Origin: Pseudomonadales bacterium
Lineage (GTDB): Bacteria > Pseudomonadota > Gammaproteobacteria > Pseudomonadales > JBFGWM01
Assembly: GCA_041637915.1 (NCBI GenBank)
Contig: JBFKXW010000001.1
Location: 1 to 48,885, forward strand
Direction of reading: 5' to 3'
Length of the DNA: 48,885 nucleotides
The notes under the pieces are model-generated. The model did no database searches and had not been told where the DNA came from. It saw nothing but the letters and a program-made list of their open reading frames with translations. A program made the translations under genes and the position numbers. This document shows, piece by piece, positions 19,266 to 27,753 of this stretch (positions are counted from its first letter, which is position 1; every line of letters begins with the position of its first letter).

Positions 19266-20480
19266 ATGTCTGCATTCAGTTACGTCGCGCTGGATTCCGA
19301 AGGTCGCGAAAAGCAGGGCCTGCTGGAGGGCGACAGCGCGCGGCAGGTTCGCCAGCAGCTGCGGGATCAGGGGCTGATTCCCCTCGACGTCAACGAAGCC
19401 AGTTCCAGAGAACGCAAACGGGGCAGCGGCTCACAGTTGTTCGCACGCGGGATTACCGCCCGCGAACTGGCGCTGGTTACCCGCCAGATGGCCACACTGG
19501 AAGCCGCCGGGATGCCACTGGAACAGAATCTCAAGGCGGTTTCCCAGCAGAGCGAAAAGCCGCGCATCAAAAGCATGATGCTTTCCATCCGCTCGCGCGT
19601 GCTGGAAGGCTACACCCTCGCCCATGCACTGGGCGAATACCCACATGTGTTCCCGGAGATTTTTCGGGCCACTGTGGCAGCCGGTGAGCATGCCGGACAC
19701 CTCGGACCGATCCTCGAGCGCCTCGCGGATTACACCGAGGCACGCCAGCAGTCACGCCAGAAGATTCAGATGAAAATGCTCTATCCGGTGATTCTGCTGG
19801 TCACGGCCATCGCCATCGTCGTGTTCCTGCTGGGATTCGTTGTACCCGATGTGGTGAAAGTGTTTGCCGATACCGGGCAGGAACTCCCGCCACTCACCAT
19901 TGGCATGATCAATGCCAGCGACTTCATCCAGAACCATGGCCTGCTGGTCCTGTTCGGTCTGGTGCTGGGGTTCTTCGCTTTTCGGTATGCGCTGCGCGGA
20001 GATGCATTCCGGGGGTGGTGGCATCGCTTCATTCTGCGTATTCCCCTGGTCGGCAAGGTATCCCGCGAAGCGAACACGGCAAGGTTCGCGAGCACACTGG
20101 CGATTCTGGGTGCCAGTGGCGTTCCGCTCGTGGAGGCGATCCGCATCAGCGGACAGGTGGTGGCCAATGAGGCGATCCGCGAAGCGGTTCTGGACGCCGG
20201 CAAGAAGGTCAGTGAGGGCGCCAGCCTGAAGCTCGCGCTGGAAAGCAGTGGCTACTTTCCACCCATGATGCTGCACATGATCGCTTCCGGCGAACAGAGT
20301 GGCGAGCTGGATGACATGCTGGAACGCACAGCGCGCAACCAGGAACGTGACCTGGAGAGCATGGTGGAAACCGTTGTCGGTCTGTTTGAACCATTCATGC
20401 TGCTCGGCATGGGCGGTATCGTGATGCTGATCGTCATGGCCATCCTGTTACCCATACTCAATCTGAATCAACTGGTCTGA
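19266..20480 (+). CDS. gspF: Type II secretion inner-membrane platform protein.
   Basis: 404 aa with duplicated GspF domains (e.g. the MLHMIASGEQSGELDDML motif). Confidence 0.93.
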   Translation: MSAFSYVALDSEGREKQGLLEGDSARQVRQQLRDQGLIPLDVNEASSRERKRGSGSQLFARGITARELALVTRQMATLEAAGMPLEQNLKAVSQQSEKPRIKSMMLSIRSRVLEGYTLAHALGEYPHVFPEIFRATVAAGEHAGHLGPILERLADYTEARQQSRQKIQMKMLYPVILLVTAIAIVVFLLGFVVPDVVKVFADTGQELPPLTIGMINASDFIQNHGLLVLFGLVLGFFAFRYALRGDAFRGWWHRFILRIPLVGKVSREANTARFASTLAILGASGVPLVEAIRISGQVVANEAIREAVLDAGKKVSEGASLKLALESSGYFPPMMLHMIASGEQSGELDDMLERTARNQERDLESMVETVVGLFEPFMLLGMGGIVMLIVMAILLPILNLNQLV

Positions 20481-20508
20481 AGACGGTGCAATACCGGAGG
20501 AAACACTC

Positions 20509-20955
20509 GTGAAAGCACGCTGCATACATCAACGACACAACCAGGGTTTTACGCTGATCGAAGTAATGGTGGTGGTTGTCATCCTTGGCATCCTCGGCGC
20601 GCTGATTGTGCCCAATTTCCTCAGCCGGCCAGACGAGGCGCGCGCGCAGCTGGCCAAAACCGATGTGCGTGCGATCGGCAACGCGCTGGACATCTACAAA
20701 CTCGACAACCATGCCTACCCTAGCACCGATCAGGGACTGGAGGCGCTGGTGAAAAAACCCAGTGGGTTCCCGGAACCGAAGAACTACAACCCGGAAGGCT
20801 ATCTGAAAAAGCTGCCGATGGATCCATGGGGCCTGCCCTACCAGTACGTCAGTCCCGGTCAGGAAGGCCGCTCCTATGACCTCTATTCACTGGGCGCAGA
20901 TGGCCAGGAAGGGGGCGAGGGGTTTGCCGCCGACATTGGCAACTGGAACCTCTAA
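20509..20955 (+). CDS. gspG: Type II secretion major pseudopilin.
   Basis: Prepilin leader and cleavage motif QGFTLIEVMVVV, and conserved DPWGLPYQY...YDLYSLGADG. The GTG start follows GGAGGA. Confidence 0.95.
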   Translation: MKARCIHQRHNQGFTLIEVMVVVVILGILGALIVPNFLSRPDEARAQLAKTDVRAIGNALDIYKLDNHAYPSTDQGLEALVKKPSGFPEPKNYNPEGYLKKLPMDPWGLPYQYVSPGQEGRSYDLYSLGADGQEGGEGFAADIGNWNL

Positions 20956-20977
20956 GGCAGCGATCACTCGCGCGCTC

Positions 20978-21517
20978 ATGATCGTCCCGGTTTCAGGGAG
21001 CCTGCGTGTCCGCGGCTTCACCCTGATCGAACTGCTGATTGTCACGGTCATCATCGGCAGCCTGGCCAGTCTCGCCGTGCTGAACCTGGGCGGGGCGGAC
21101 CAGAGCCGGCAACTGGAAAATGAGGCCCGCCGGCTGCACGCCGTGCTGCGCATGGTTGCGGATGACGCCATTTTCGAGGCGCAGGAGTTCGGCCTGCAGT
21201 TGCAGCAGGGTAGCTACCGTTTTCTGCGGCTTGATGCCCGGACCGGACGCTGGGAAGCGCTGACTGAACGAGGCTATGCGGAGCACGCTGTGCCGGAACA
21301 CTTCGAGATGCAGCTGGAGGTGGAGGGCGATGTCCCGACACTGGTTTCCGGCAAACCCCAGGACCGTCCGGCCGTGCTGCTGCTTTCCAGCGGTGAAATC
21401 ACCCCCTTCGTGCTGGAGATGCGCCTGGCGGAGGAACCCGATGCAGCCACCTTCCGGATTGGCAGCGACGGCTTTGCCGATATCGAGCTGCGGCAGGGTG
21501 AGGGGGCGCCGCTGTGA
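20978..21517 (+). CDS. gspH: Type II secretion minor pseudopilin H.
   Basis: Prepilin motif RGFTLIELLIV. ATG 20978 was chosen because the track start at 20876 lies inside gspG. Confidence 0.85.
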   Translation: MIVPVSGSLRVRGFTLIELLIVTVIIGSLASLAVLNLGGADQSRQLENEARRLHAVLRMVADDAIFEAQEFGLQLQQGSYRFLRLDARTGRWEALTERGYAEHAVPEHFEMQLEVEGDVPTLVSGKPQDRPAVLLLSSGEITPFVLEMRLAEEPDAATFRIGSDGFADIELRQGEGAPL

Positions 21518-21921
21518 GGCGGATCCGGGCCAGGCGCTGCTCCGGCTTCACCCTGCTGGAAGTGATGATTGCGCTCGCCGTGCTGGCCGTGTCCGCTGCC
21601 GGCCTGATCACCGCAGTGTCGCAGAATGTGCGCCAGTCCGGCGCTCTGGAAGAACGCACCGTCGCGCTCTGGGTGGCGCAGAACCGCCTTACCGAGCTGC
21701 AGGTGCGCAAGGAGTTTCCTTCGCTCGGGCGCAATGAAGATCGCGTCAGTATGTCCGGGCGCGAATGGGAAGTCATCGTGGAAACCAAGAGCACCGCCTA
21801 TCCGGACCTGCGCCTGGTGGAGGTGGGCGTCGCGTTGCCCCGTCAGGACTTCCGCAGTCAGGAGGGTACCCTCGTCACCCTGAGCACTTTCCTCGGCGCA
21901 CCCGCGGAGCCATTACAGTGA
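21514..21921 (+). CDS. gspI: Type II secretion minor pseudopilin I.
   Basis: Prepilin motif SGFTLLEVMIAL. The GTG start overlaps the gspH stop (GTGA). Confidence 0.85.
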   Translation: MRRIRARRCSGFTLLEVMIALAVLAVSAAGLITAVSQNVRQSGALEERTVALWVAQNRLTELQVRKEFPSLGRNEDRVSMSGREWEVIVETKSTAYPDLRLVEVGVALPRQDFRSQEGTLVTLSTFLGAPAEPLQ

Positions 21922-22535
21922 AACGCCAGCGGGGATTCACGCTGCTTGAACTGCTGATTGCCATCAGCATCTTCGCCATGATCGGGCTCGGCTCCTATCA
22001 GGTGCTCGCCAGTGTGTTGCAGGCGCAGGCCATGACCGGCGCGGCCAGCGACACCCTGGGCCGCATGCAGCGCACCTACCTGCGACTGTCCCAGGATTTT
22101 CGCCAGATCCTGGACCGGCCCGTTCGCGACAACTACGGCGAGACACTGCCGAACCTGTTCGTACCGGAGCGTGGCTACGACCTGGAGTTCACGCGCACAG
22201 GCTGGCGCAATCCGCTGCGACGCCCGCGCAGCGAACTGCAGCGGGTCGCTTTTGAGCTCGAGGGTGAGGTCCTGCTGCGTCACTACTGGTCCGTGCTGGA
22301 CCGGGCCCAGGACAGTGAGCCCGCTACGCAGGTGGTGCTGGAGCAGGTGGAATACTTCCGGCTGCGTCTGCTGGATGCCGCAGGTAACTGGCATACCTCC
22401 TGGCCACCCCCACAACCCGCCCTCTCAGCCAGTGAGGCGACATCGGGGGCCCCGCTGCCAGTCGCCGTCGAGCTGGAGCTCGGCGTCGACAAGCTGGGGG
22501 ATCTGCGCTGGGTGTTCGAGATATCCGGCTCATGA
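21918..22535 (+). CDS. gspJ: Type II secretion minor pseudopilin J.
   Basis: Prepilin motif RGFTLLELLIAI. GTG 21918 overlaps the gspI stop (GTGA). Confidence 0.85.
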   Translation: MKRQRGFTLLELLIAISIFAMIGLGSYQVLASVLQAQAMTGAASDTLGRMQRTYLRLSQDFRQILDRPVRDNYGETLPNLFVPERGYDLEFTRTGWRNPLRRPRSELQRVAFELEGEVLLRHYWSVLDRAQDSEPATQVVLEQVEYFRLRLLDAAGNWHTSWPPPQPALSASEATSGAPLPVAVELELGVDKLGDLRWVFEISGS

Positions 22536-23485
22536 AACACCAGCGCGGCGTCGCACTGATCACCGTGCTGATGGTCTTTTTCTTTGCATCCACCATCGCG
22601 GTCACCATGGTGTCGAGGCAGCACCTGGATATCCGGCGTACCGCCAATCTCTCAGACAGCCTGCAGGCATCCAACAATGCGCGCAGCGTGGAAACCTTCG
22701 TCCTGCAGTTGCTGACACAGGATTACCGCGAAAACCCCGAGATCGATCATCCGCAGGAACCGTGGGCGCAGCAGCAGACCCGGTTCGAGGTGGAGAACGG
22801 CGAGGTCATTTTCACGGTCGAAGACCTCAACCGGCGCTTTAACCTCAACAACCTGTCCGACGACCCGGACCAGATTCACCTGGAACGGCTGCGGCTGCTC
22901 ATGACGCGACTTGAGCTCAACCCGGAACTGGCCGATGCAATCCGGGACTGGGTGGATACCGACGAGCAGCAAAGCGGCTATGCGGGCGCCGAGGACAATG
23001 AGTACCTGTTGCTCGATCCGCCCTACCGGGCGGCAAACGCTGCCATCCGGGACATTTCTGAACTACTCTTGGTACGGGGTGTGGACGACCCGACCTATCA
23101 ACGCCTGCGGCCGTTCGTTACCGCACTGCCGGCGGGCGCCACGCTCAATGTGAATTCAGCAGCGCCGTTCGTACTGCAGTCCCTGGCGCAGGAACTGGGT
23201 GCCGTGGAAGCCGATCAGATCGTGCAGACACGGCAGTTGACGCCTTTTGCGGGTGTGGATCAGGACTTTGTATCGCAACAGTTTGTACCGGCATCAGTGA
23301 ATACCAGCGGACTGACAGTAACCAGCAACTATTTCCAAGTGCGTATTGAATCGTACTTTGGCGGACGCCGTGCCGTACTGGAAAGCACCGTGAAGCGGGA
23401 CCCCGACGGGCGTTGCCAGGTGTTGTCGCGCAATTTCTCGCGACTGGAGCCATCCGAAGCAGCACAGGAGGGAGAACGTTCGTGA
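22532..23485 (+). CDS. gspK: Type II secretion minor pseudopilin K.
   Basis: The N-terminus RGVALITVLMVF lacks the Glu5 equivalent, as is typical for GspK. Size and operon position fit. ATGA overlap with gspJ. Confidence 0.85.
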   Translation: MKHQRGVALITVLMVFFFASTIAVTMVSRQHLDIRRTANLSDSLQASNNARSVETFVLQLLTQDYRENPEIDHPQEPWAQQQTRFEVENGEVIFTVEDLNRRFNLNNLSDDPDQIHLERLRLLMTRLELNPELADAIRDWVDTDEQQSGYAGAEDNEYLLLDPPYRAANAAIRDISELLLVRGVDDPTYQRLRPFVTALPAGATLNVNSAAPFVLQSLAQELGAVEADQIVQTRQLTPFAGVDQDFVSQQFVPASVNTSGLTVTSNYFQVRIESYFGGRRAVLESTVKRDPDGRCQVLSRNFSRLEPSEAAQEGERS

Positions 23486-24792
23486 GCGATACCCTGTTGA
23501 TCCTGCTGCCGCCGCTGGGCACCGCCGAGAAACCCGTCAATACGCAGGACATGATCGTCAGCGTGGCGTTGCTGGATGAGCAGGGCCGGATCAATGGCAA
23601 GGTGCAACAGAAGACGCTGGCGGAGGCCGGGCGACAGTTTGATGCTGTGGAACCCGGCGAACGCGAATGCGTTGTGCTGCTGGCGGGTGAGGATGTCCTG
23701 CTCAACAGCGTTGTGCTGCCTGGCCAGAAACAGAGACAGTTGCGGCAGGCGCTGCCCTTTCTGGTCGAGGAGTTTATTGCCGACGACCCGGAAGACATTC
23801 ATGTGGTTCTCGGCCCGCTGCAGAATGACAGCACCCACGCGGTCGCCATTGTGCGGCGGGACCTGATGCGCTTCTGGATGGAGGCGCTTGCCAAGGAGGA
23901 CATCTACCCGGAGAAGGTGATCCCCGAGCAGTTGTTCATTCCACTGGATGACAGCACCGTGGGCTCTCTCGTTGTGGACGAGGGTCGCTGCTTCCTGCGT
24001 ACCGCACCATTCCGGGCCATGACCCTGGAACGCGACACACTGCGCGAGAGTCTGCAGATCTGTCTGCCGGCCGCGACCGATCAGCACAAGGATCGCAAAC
24101 GGCTGGCGTTCTGGACCCGGGCGGATGGCGACGACGCCGAACTGATCATGGAGCTCGGCCAGGCGATCGCGCCGACGCAGATTCGCCAGATGCCGCTGGA
24201 ACAGAGCCACCTGCAGCTGGTTGCGGAAACCTATCCGGCGCAGGCAGAAACCGCCGCCCAATTGAACCTGTTGCAGGATGAGTTCGAATCCGACCGCCGC
24301 CGCAACGCCGCCCGCAGCCTGCTAACCAAAGTCGCCGGACTGGTCCTGCTGGTCTTTTTTACCCAGGTCGCATTCGATGTGGGGCGTACCGTATACCTCC
24401 GTACCCAGGCCGACACCTGGGATCAGGAAGCCCGCGCTGTGTATCGGGAATTGTTCCCACAGGATCGCCGCCTGATCAATCTGCGCGCGCAGATGGAAGG
24501 CCATCTCACCCGCCTGCGCGAGAGTGGTTCGGCGAACGACTTTCTCGCCCTGCTGGGCACGGCCGGCAAGTACTCCCGTTCGTTCCGGAGCAATGAGTTT
24601 GTCCTGCAGCGGGTGAATTTCAGCGAGCAGAACCAGCAACTTCTGCTCGACCTGCATACCGGGTCGCTGCAAATGCTGGACCGTTACAAGCAGGCACTGG
24701 CACAGGATGGGCTGCGCGTGGATATCGCATCCGCAGTGACCGAAGACAACATCGTCAAGGCCCGTCTGCGTATTGGGAGAATCAACCTGTGA
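23482..24792 (+). CDS. gspL: Type II secretion protein L.
   Basis: The ALPFLVEEFIADD motif plus position and size fit GspL. GTG 23482 overlaps the gspK stop (GTGA). Confidence 0.8.
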   Translation: MSDTLLILLPPLGTAEKPVNTQDMIVSVALLDEQGRINGKVQQKTLAEAGRQFDAVEPGERECVVLLAGEDVLLNSVVLPGQKQRQLRQALPFLVEEFIADDPEDIHVVLGPLQNDSTHAVAIVRRDLMRFWMEALAKEDIYPEKVIPEQLFIPLDDSTVGSLVVDEGRCFLRTAPFRAMTLERDTLRESLQICLPAATDQHKDRKRLAFWTRADGDDAELIMELGQAIAPTQIRQMPLEQSHLQLVAETYPAQAETAAQLNLLQDEFESDRRRNAARSLLTKVAGLVLLVFFTQVAFDVGRTVYLRTQADTWDQEARAVYRELFPQDRRLINLRAQMEGHLTRLRESGSANDFLALLGTAGKYSRSFRSNEFVLQRVNFSEQNQQLLLDLHTGSLQMLDRYKQALAQDGLRVDIASAVTEDNIVKARLRIGRINL

Positions 24793-25346
24793 GCGAAGCA
24801 AACGGGAACAGCCGTTTGAACCGGCAGTTTGCCAGGCTCAACCGGCTGGGCCCGGTGCGCTCGATTCGCAGCTGGTACAAGCACAAGCCGCCGGGTGACC
24901 AGCGCGCGATCAAGGTGCTGGTGGTTTTCTTTGCGGCAGTCGGCGCCTATTTCCTGATCTGGCAGCCAACACAGACGGCGCTGGCGCAGGCCGAGAGCTA
25001 CTACGAGAATCGCCACCAGCAATACCAGTGGGTCAAACGTCACGAAACCGAAATCCGTGCGTTGCTGGGCCAGCGCGGTGACAGCAACCAGCAGGCGCTG
25101 GGCGGCCGCTCGCTGCTGTCCATCGTCACGGACAGCGCGAAGAAACAAAGCATTCAGCTGAAGCGTTTCGAGCCCAAGGGCGATAACGCCGTGAACATCT
25201 GGCTGGAGGGCGCTGATTTCAACAAGCTGGTGGTGTGGCTGGATGACCTGCGCGACCAGTTTCAGGTGCGGGTCGACCAGGTATCGATCGACCGGGACGA
25301 ACAACAGCCCGGGCTGGTCGGCGTCAAGCTGCAGTTATCCGTGTAA
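24789..25346 (+). CDS. gspM: Type II secretion protein M.
   Basis: Called on size, a single TM segment (VLVVFFAAVGAYFLIW) and position as the last gene of the operon. GTG 24789 overlaps the gspL stop. Confidence 0.75.
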   Translation: MSEANGNSRLNRQFARLNRLGPVRSIRSWYKHKPPGDQRAIKVLVVFFAAVGAYFLIWQPTQTALAQAESYYENRHQQYQWVKRHETEIRALLGQRGDSNQQALGGRSLLSIVTDSAKKQSIQLKRFEPKGDNAVNIWLEGADFNKLVVWLDDLRDQFQVRVDQVSIDRDEQQPGLVGVKLQLSV

Positions 25347-25495
25347 TCGACCGCTACCGCAGCCGAAGGTCGTGTTGTTCTTGCGCAACCCTGTCCCGAG
25401 GCACTGCAGAAAAAGATACCACTGAAACGAACCGGCGACCGGACGACACAGTGGCGGTGGGCACCCGATATCCGGCGCTGGCAAAGGGCCGCGGC

Positions 25496-25511
25496 ACGGC
25501 GCTTGCGCCGT
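25496..25511. terminator. GC-rich hairpin between convergent gspM and dsbA (weak terminator candidate).
   Basis: ACGGCGC-TT-GCGCCGT is read directly. No clear U-tract follows on either strand. Confidence 0.2.
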
Positions 25512-25527
25512 CCGGAACGTGGCCGGA

Positions 25528-26160
25528 TTATTTCTGCGCAGGCAGTGTCGCGCGTTCCAGGCCGATCAGATAATTCACCACGTCAAAAACGTTCTTCTGC
25601 ACCTGCACCCGGTACTTCCCGTTCACGATCAGTGTCGGCACGCCGCTGGCACGATACGCCCGGGCTTTCTTATCAGCCTGCTGAATCCGCGCCTGTACGC
25701 CGAAGGAAGAAAACAATCCGCGAAACTTGCTCTCTTCCACGCCGTACCGTGCAAAAAAAGCGGCCAGTGCATCCTCGGTGTCGGTGGGCTGCTCGGCCTT
25801 GTGAATCTCTTCAAACATCGGCGTGTGGATCTCATCGACGATGCCGAGGGTTTCGGCGACAAAGTAGGCGCGCGCGTGGTTGACCCAGTCCTTGCGCAAG
25901 GTGGCCGGCAAGCGCACAAACGCGACATCTTCCGGCTTGGTCGCCAGCCACTGCTTGATGTAAGGCTCGAACTGGAAGCAGTGCGGGCAGCCGTACCAGA
26001 ACAACTCCACCACCTCGACCTTGTCCGGGCTGCTGGTCGGCACCGGCGTCAGGATGCGCTCGTAGTGCACCCCTTCCTTAAAGGCGGCCTGCGCGCCCAT
26101 CATGAACAATGAAAAAAACAAAGCCGTTGTGGCGCGCAGCATCTGGTTCGCCATGAACAT
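25528..26160 (-). CDS. dsbA: Thiol:disulfide interchange protein DsbA.
   Basis: Signal peptide plus FWYGCPHCFQFEP (CPHC active site). Confidence 0.95.
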   Translation of the reverse strand: MFMANQMLRATTALFFSLFMMGAQAAFKEGVHYERILTPVPTSSPDKVEVVELFWYGCPHCFQFEPYIKQWLATKPEDVAFVRLPATLRKDWVNHARAYFVAETLGIVDEIHTPMFEEIHKAEQPTDTEDALAAFFARYGVEESKFRGLFSSFGVQARIQQADKKARAYRASGVPTLIVNGKYRVQVQKNVFDVVNYLIGLERATLPAQK

Positions 26161-26251
26161 TCTCCTCCCGGTGTTTCGCTACTGTGTAGACCGGCAAACA
26201 GCAGGGGGGTTCAAGCCCGCCCAGTCCAATTCGCCGGTCTGCCGAATCTTC

Positions 26252-26875
26252 TCAGTACAGCCCGGACGCGTAACTGGAGACCGCGCGGATCTCCTCGTCG
26301 CTCAGGAAACGCGCCACGTCCCGCATGATCCGCCCGTCACCGTCGTTGTTGCGGGTGCCATTGCGGTATTCGGTGAGCTGTTTTTCCAGATACTTGGGAT
26401 GCTGCCCGCTCAGACGCGGAAAGCCGGCCGCCGCATTACCGGCACCGTTGGGGGCATGACAGGCGGTACACGCCGCGACACCGGTCTCCCGGTTCCCGGC
26501 GCGGTACAGGCGTTCGCCCAGTTCGACCAGTTCTTCCTTGGCGGTTCCCGGCGTGGAGGTCTGCGCGGCATAGAATGCGGCCATATCCTCGATATCCTGT
26601 TGACTGAGATTCTTGACCATGGCCGCCATCACCGGCACCGGCCGCCTGGGGCCGTTCTCATCGCCCTGAATGTCGAGCATCTGCTTGACCAGGTATTTCT
26701 CATTCTGGCCCGCCAGTTTCGGGAAATCTGCTGCAACACTATTGCCATCCATCCCGTGACAACCACCACATACGGCCGCCTTGGCCTCACCTGCTGCTGC
26801 ATTGCCGGCCGCGTATGTCAGCGAGCCGGTCAGGAGCCCTGCGGCCACAATGATCGCCTTACCCAGTGTATTCAT
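26252..26875 (-). CDS. cc4: Diheme cytochrome c4.
   Basis: Two CxxCH motifs (CGGCHG, CTACHA) and a signal peptide MNTLGKAIIVAAGLL. ATG 26875 was chosen over the extended track start. Confidence 0.9.
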   Translation of the reverse strand: MNTLGKAIIVAAGLLTGSLTYAAGNAAAGEAKAAVCGGCHGMDGNSVAADFPKLAGQNEKYLVKQMLDIQGDENGPRRPVPVMAAMVKNLSQQDIEDMAAFYAAQTSTPGTAKEELVELGERLYRAGNRETGVAACTACHAPNGAGNAAAGFPRLSGQHPKYLEKQLTEYRNGTRNNDGDGRIMRDVARFLSDEEIRAVSSYASGLY

Positions 26876-27015
26876 GCCTATTCCCGGTTCGTCCAGATCG
26901 CCAATTCTTCGATTTTCCAAGGGGTTGGGTTCTACGCCAGGCCTGGCGCTTCCCAAGTGCGGGGGGGAGTATATACCATCACCCGCCTGATTCTTATCTC
27001 TCCAAGCAGGCCCCT

Positions 27016-27648
27016 TTGAACTTCAGAAATGCACAGTATCTGGTCAGCGCAGCACGTTACGACCAGTGTCCACCGGACGAAGGTGTGGAGGTCGCGTTTG
27101 CCGGGCGCTCCAATGCCGGCAAATCCTCGACCCTCAACGCACTGACCGGCCAGCGCAACCTGGCGCGAACCAGCAAGACTCCCGGCCGCACCCAGTTGCT
27201 CAATTTTTTCACTGTAACCGACGATGTGCGGCTCGTGGATCTGCCCGGGTTCGGCTACGCCAAGGTTCCGACCCGGGTACAGCAGGCCTGGAATCGCACG
27301 CTGGATCATTACTTTCGGGGACGGGAAAGTCTCCAGGGCCTGGTGCTGGTCAGCGACATCCGCCACGAGCCAAGTGCCTTTGAGCAGCAGTTGCTGGACT
27401 GGTGCAGCGATGCCGGCCTGCCAGTGCTGATGGTGCTAAACAAGGCCGATAAGCTGAGTCGTAATCAGGTGGCACAAACCGTTCTGCGACGACGCAAAGT
27501 CTGCGGCAGCGCCAACAGCGCGCTACGGGTCATCGCCTTTTCCGCACTGAAGAAGCAGGGCCTGGATGAGCTGCGTGCTGCGGTCACCGCCATGCTGCAC
27601 GCGGAGCAGGCGCCAGGAGAAAAAAATCCCGACCCGACTGGGGAGTGA
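27016..27648 (+). CDS. engB: Ribosome biogenesis GTPase EngB/YihA.
   Basis: VAFAGRSNAGKSSTLNAL (G1 motif) and LVDLPGFGYA (G3 motif). TTG 27016 is the only plausible in-frame start near the expected N-terminus, so the start is uncertain. Confidence 0.85.
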   Translation: MNFRNAQYLVSAARYDQCPPDEGVEVAFAGRSNAGKSSTLNALTGQRNLARTSKTPGRTQLLNFFTVTDDVRLVDLPGFGYAKVPTRVQQAWNRTLDHYFRGRESLQGLVLVSDIRHEPSAFEQQLLDWCSDAGLPVLMVLNKADKLSRNQVAQTVLRRRKVCGSANSALRVIAFSALKKQGLDELRAAVTAMLHAEQAPGEKNPDPTGE

Positions 27649-27649
27649 T

Positions 27650-27672
27650 GCGGGCCGGGATCGATGGCCCGC
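27650..27672. terminator. Hairpin directly after the engB stop, in the engB/polA convergent gap.
   Basis: GCGGGCC, a 9-nt loop, then GGCCCGC, starting 2 nt after the TGA. No U-tract follows. Confidence 0.3.
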
Positions 27673-27700
27673 GCGCGTGGCGCAGGCTGGTCACTGCCAT

Positions 27701-27714
27701 GGGCCTTGCGGCCC
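27701..27714. terminator. Short hairpin (GGGCC-tetraloop-GGCCC) in the engB/polA convergent gap.
   Basis: Read directly. On the polA strand the loop is GCAA, a GNRA tetraloop. No U-tract follows. Confidence 0.2.
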
Positions 27715-27753
27715 TGTATATGAGACCCCGCTCGTGGCGACAAGTTCCGGTCG

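Noticed and set aside
26188-26240. An 8-bp inverted repeat AGACCGGC ... GCCGGTCT with a 37-nt spacer between cc4 and dsbA.
   Set aside because: The loop is long, there is no U-tract and I recognise no motif. In GC-rich DNA this could easily be fortuitous. It is recorded but not called as a feature.
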